Shown: piece after piece, positions 60,348 through 64,000 of the stretch
Layout of the letters: the number at the start of each line of letters is the position of its first letter
Position numbering within the stretch: the stretch's first letter is position 1
Assembly: GCA_964106915.2 (NCBI GenBank)
Contig: OZ066915.1
Strand: one strand, 5' to 3'
Length of the DNA stretch: 64,000 nucleotides
Source: Podarcis gaigeae
Lineage: Eukaryota
Translations under genes and position numbers: made by a program
The notes under the pieces: generated by a model
What the model was told of the DNA's origin: nothing
The model's input: only the letters and a program-made list of their open reading frames with translations
Databases searched by the model: none

Positions 60348-61920
60348 AGTCTAACAAGGAGGAAGAGTATGCTTTGCAGGAAGAAGAGATCATGTCCTAA
60401 AACCATTTGCTAGTTAGGTTGAAAACTGAAATCAGACAAAAACAGTGCATCAGCCTGAATTTCACACTGGACAATAGCACCATACCTGTGGTAGTCGAGT
60501 CATGTGCTGAAAGGTTGTCATCTGTAGCCTGCAGAAACTATTGCTAAATCTTTTATAGATTTCAGCTTCCTGCAATAATCCATGACTTTTGGTGAGACAT
60601 CACAACTGGTACATATATACACTAGCAAATCACCTAACATTATTTACAGCAATAAGCATTGTGAGTAACTGGGATCCATGTAAAGGAAAACTAGCAAGAG
60701 GCACTGGTGCAAATGGAATATTTATTGTCCTGTTTAATGCATCAGCACAGTCTGGGAATCTCTCTTCATCTAGGGCAATCAAAAATAACCTCGCTTTTTT
60801 GTAACCAAGCAATACTTCCTGCAAGAGGAACCATCTTGGTGTGTCTGATTTTTTTACTGCTTCCTGATGAAAGTTATTAGGCCTGTCCTTTTGTATAATA
60901 AAAATGCACTGTTCTACAGTATGAAATTCATATTAGCTGTTCTGTTGTTGTTGGACTTGAGTGTTCAGCCAGTTTTTACATATGCTGGATTTTATTATCC
61001 TTTAAAACTGATGTTTGTTGCTCACTTCAAATTCTAGCCAAAGATAGTTTAGGAGAATCTGGCAAATTGCTTTGGCTAATAAACTAACCCACCATAGCAA
61101 ACTGGTTAGCTGTGTCACAAAGAAGGATTTTGTCATGGAGGCACGGTTTCTGTTTCTCTCCAATGTAAACAAAGGCACCCTTGGGCTCCCCACCTCATAT
61201 TCCTTATTTTGGAGAGATACTCTTACCTTGAAGTGTTAAATATGTTGTAATCTCCCAACTTTCTTTACCTTCACGAATTCTTCATTTGAACATCAGCTGA
61301 CAGGGCAAATGTGTGAATACACCAGCACTTGGTTTGGATTCATTGCTTATTGCAATTTTGCATCTTAAACACATAATAGAAACATGAACAATAAGAAGCA
61401 GGAGGAAAAGACACTCTGCTATCATTGTCTATATGGTGGTAGTATTTACAAATCTAAATGGGACCCATATAAAACAGGCACAAGAAGATGAAATGACTTC
61501 CTTATCAATAGGGGGCACATACTTTCTGGATAAGCCACAACTCTTGATCCCTTTCCCAATTTTATGTTGTACGAACAAATTAACATGAGACTAATCTATG
61601 ACATTGCCATGCCAGCCCCGCTTCCCCCTGCCCACTGAAGTCCCTAGATCTCCATGACCCACTTGTGCACGTTGTCCTCTTAAACCACTTTGATGGGGTC
61701 GTGGGGAGGTAAAGTCTGAAACTTGAGGAAGAGTAGGTAGTAAGAAACTTTGTGGGAGCCTGCAAACCTCCACCTGGAAGAGAGCCCCAAATGATCCCTC
61801 CCCGCAAGAACACACTACCTTGTGGCATCAGCAGCTGTTCCTCCACTTTCCATTTTCATATTTGCATGTCTAATAACCAGCACACCTCATTCTAAGGAGA
61901 GGGGGCAAACATAGCCCTAG

Positions 61921-62273
61921 TGCTGGAGGAGACTCTTGAGAGTCCCATGGACTGCAAGAAGATCAAACCTATCCATTCTTAAGGAAATCAGCCCTGAGTG
62001 CTCACTGGAAGGACAGATCCTGAAGCTGAGACTCCAATACTTTGGCCATCTCATGAGAAGAGAAGACTCCCTGGAAAAGACCCTGATGTTGGGAAAGATG
62101 GAGGGCACACGGAGAAGGGGACAACAGAGGACAAGATGGTTGGACAGCTTTCTCAAAGCTACCAGCATGAGTTTGCCCAAACTGTGGGAGGCAGTGGAAG
62201 ACAGGAGTGCCTGGCGTGCTCTGGTCCATGGGGTCACGAAGAGTCGAACACAACTAAACGACTAAACAACAAC
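61921..62273 (+). mobile_element. RTE-BovB LINE 3' fragment
   Basis: Encodes WRRLLRVPWTARRSNLSILKEISPECSLEGQILKLRLQYFGHLMRREDSLEKTLMLGK..WRALVHGVTKSRT, the BovB ORF C-terminus; (CAA)n tail. Confidence 0.95.
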
Positions 62274-62374
62274 AATAACTAGCACACCTCATTCTAAGGA
62301 GAGGGGGCAAAGACTGCTGTACTCATAGCCCTAGAAACTAAAGGTTAAGAATGAGGGTGGGTATATGGGTGTCA

Positions 62375-62742
62375 GGGACGCAGGTGGCGCTGTGGGTTAA
62401 AGCCTCAGCGCCTAGGACTTGCCGATCGAAAGGTCGGCGGTTCGAATCCCTGCGGCGGGGTGCGCTCCCGTCGTTCGGTCCCAGTGCCTGCCAACCTAGC
62501 AGTTCGAAAGCACCCCCGGGTGCAAGTAGATAAATAGGGACCGCTTACCAGCGGGAAGGTAAACGGCGTTTCCGTGTGCGGCTCTGGCTCGCCAGAGCAG
62601 CGATGTCACGCTGGCCACGTGACCCGGAAGTGTCTCTGGACAGCGCTGGCCCCTGGCCTCTTGAGTGAGATGGGCGCACAACCCCAGAGTCTGTCAAGAC
62701 TGGCCGTACGGGCAGGGGTACCTTTACCTTTACCTTTACCTT
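62375..62742 (+). mobile_element. Sauria SINE (full length)
   Basis: GGGACGCAGGTGGCGCTGTGGGTTAAA head, (ACCTTT)4 tail, TSD TATATGGGTGTCA (62362-62374 / 62743-62755). Confidence 0.94.
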
Positions 62743-63834
62743 TATATGGGTGTCAGCTGGGAAGATAAGCAAGTGGTTTAGGGGAAGCACTTTCTCTGAA
62801 GAGTGGATACTTCCAGTGGTGGGAAAAGATGCTTAGGACCGAAAGATGGGAAGGAGGGACCTTGCAGCAGAAAGAAGTGATGCTCAAGGGACTGGAGAGA
62901 GAGGAAGCAGGGGCAAGGGAAAGAAAGAAGAGGCAAAGTTAGCTGGCTGCAAAGGTCGAACTTACTTTTATGGCCATGGTGGGCTTCTTCCTGAGGCCAC
63001 TACATAAAACACCTCAAAACAAACATATGGCCTTTACTTTTTCATTTTCCCCCTGTGTCTTTGCTGCGTCCTTCAAGACTTGAGCATCAGGGTCATCACA
63101 AAGTTGTTTGGAGTCTTCATGGATTTGCCCCACACATGTTGTTTCCCATTAACAGGCATTCCAGATTTCAGTGGTATCTGCAAGCAGATAGGATCTGTCT
63201 CCTGTCTAGGCATGGTCTTCCTGCCCTCCAGCTAGTTAATGGAATGAAAGCAGTCCAAAGGTTTCCCATTTTAGAATGATTCAGAAATGGCTACTAAGGG
63301 CTTGGGGTTTTGTTTTGGTTTTTGCATAAGAATGGAGTAGTGATAAGAAAGAATGGAGAGAGATAGAGGGAGAGATGGAATAAATACATTCCACAACTCT
63401 ATCTAGATACTCAGTTTGGAGACTTAGGTGAAGGGCAAACTTACTGTGGCTTTTAGCTTAAACTGAGCTCAAGCTATTCTTGTTTTTCCAGCTCATGCTC
63501 CCCCCCACCTGTATACAATATCATTATTATGAGAAGACGTTGTTCAAAACACTGCATAGAACTTGATAGTTACTGATCTAAGCAAATCACCAATAAATAA
63601 CATCTGAAAACAGACAAGTGTTCCAGGGAATTTGAGAGGTGCTTCACTTCAAGTCAAAAACTTGAAGAAGAAACCTGCTTACCAGAAGCGACTTGAGTGT
63701 ATGCACCACAAGCACCTTCAACCCTCTTAAAAACTACAGCCTTTCACCAACAATAGACACAGGCTTCTAGCTGCAAGTTCAGCACGACTCCAGAACAAGC
63801 TTGTCATACCATGGAGCAAAAGACCTCAATTATT

Positions 63835-64000
63835 ACATTTTTATCCTGCCTGTTCTCCAAGGAGCTCAGAATGGCACACATAGTTCTCTCTCCCCCCCCC
63901 CCCACAAACCTTATCTTTCTAACTCTGTGTTGTAGATTAGGGCAAGAGACAGGGACTGGCCCAAGGGCACCCAAGGAGCTTAATGGCCAAGTGAGATTTG
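63835..64000 (-). mobile_element. Old MIR-like SINE remnant
   Basis: TCTCCAAGGAGCTCAG...GGCCCAAGGGCACCCA..GAGCTT.ATGGCC; a similar remnant lies at ~36065-36220. Confidence 0.5.

Overview
Vertebrate (squamate reptile, probably a lacertid lizard judging by its Sauria SINE, BovB and L1 content) genomic window with two protein-coding genes in convergent orientation. SAP30L (+) is represented by its last two coding exons (3146-3244, 4602-4727) and a probably multi-kb 3'UTR. The bHLH gene HAND1 (-) is complete: exon 1 CDS 35642-35007, exon 2 CDS 29402-29301, about 245 aa. HAND1 lies in a ~19 kb CpG-rich domain (~28-47 kb) and is surrounded by motif-dense candidate enhancers. The most striking is a CpG island ~17 kb upstream with eight CCGTAA (posterior HOX/CDX-type) sites, two of them full PBX-HOX composites. 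The rest of the window is TE-rich: a 760-bp solo LTR with 5-bp TSD carrying an intact 194-aa ORF, seven Tc1/mariner-type MITEs, three Sauria SINEs, two tRNA-Lys/CR1 SINEs, two young L1 3' ends (one nested in an older L1), a BovB 3' fragment with an unusually long flanking duplication, and Penelope, CR1 and L2 fragments. Most ORFs in the supplied track are spurious. No prokaryote-type system is present; the novelty candidates are regulatory or TE-derived.
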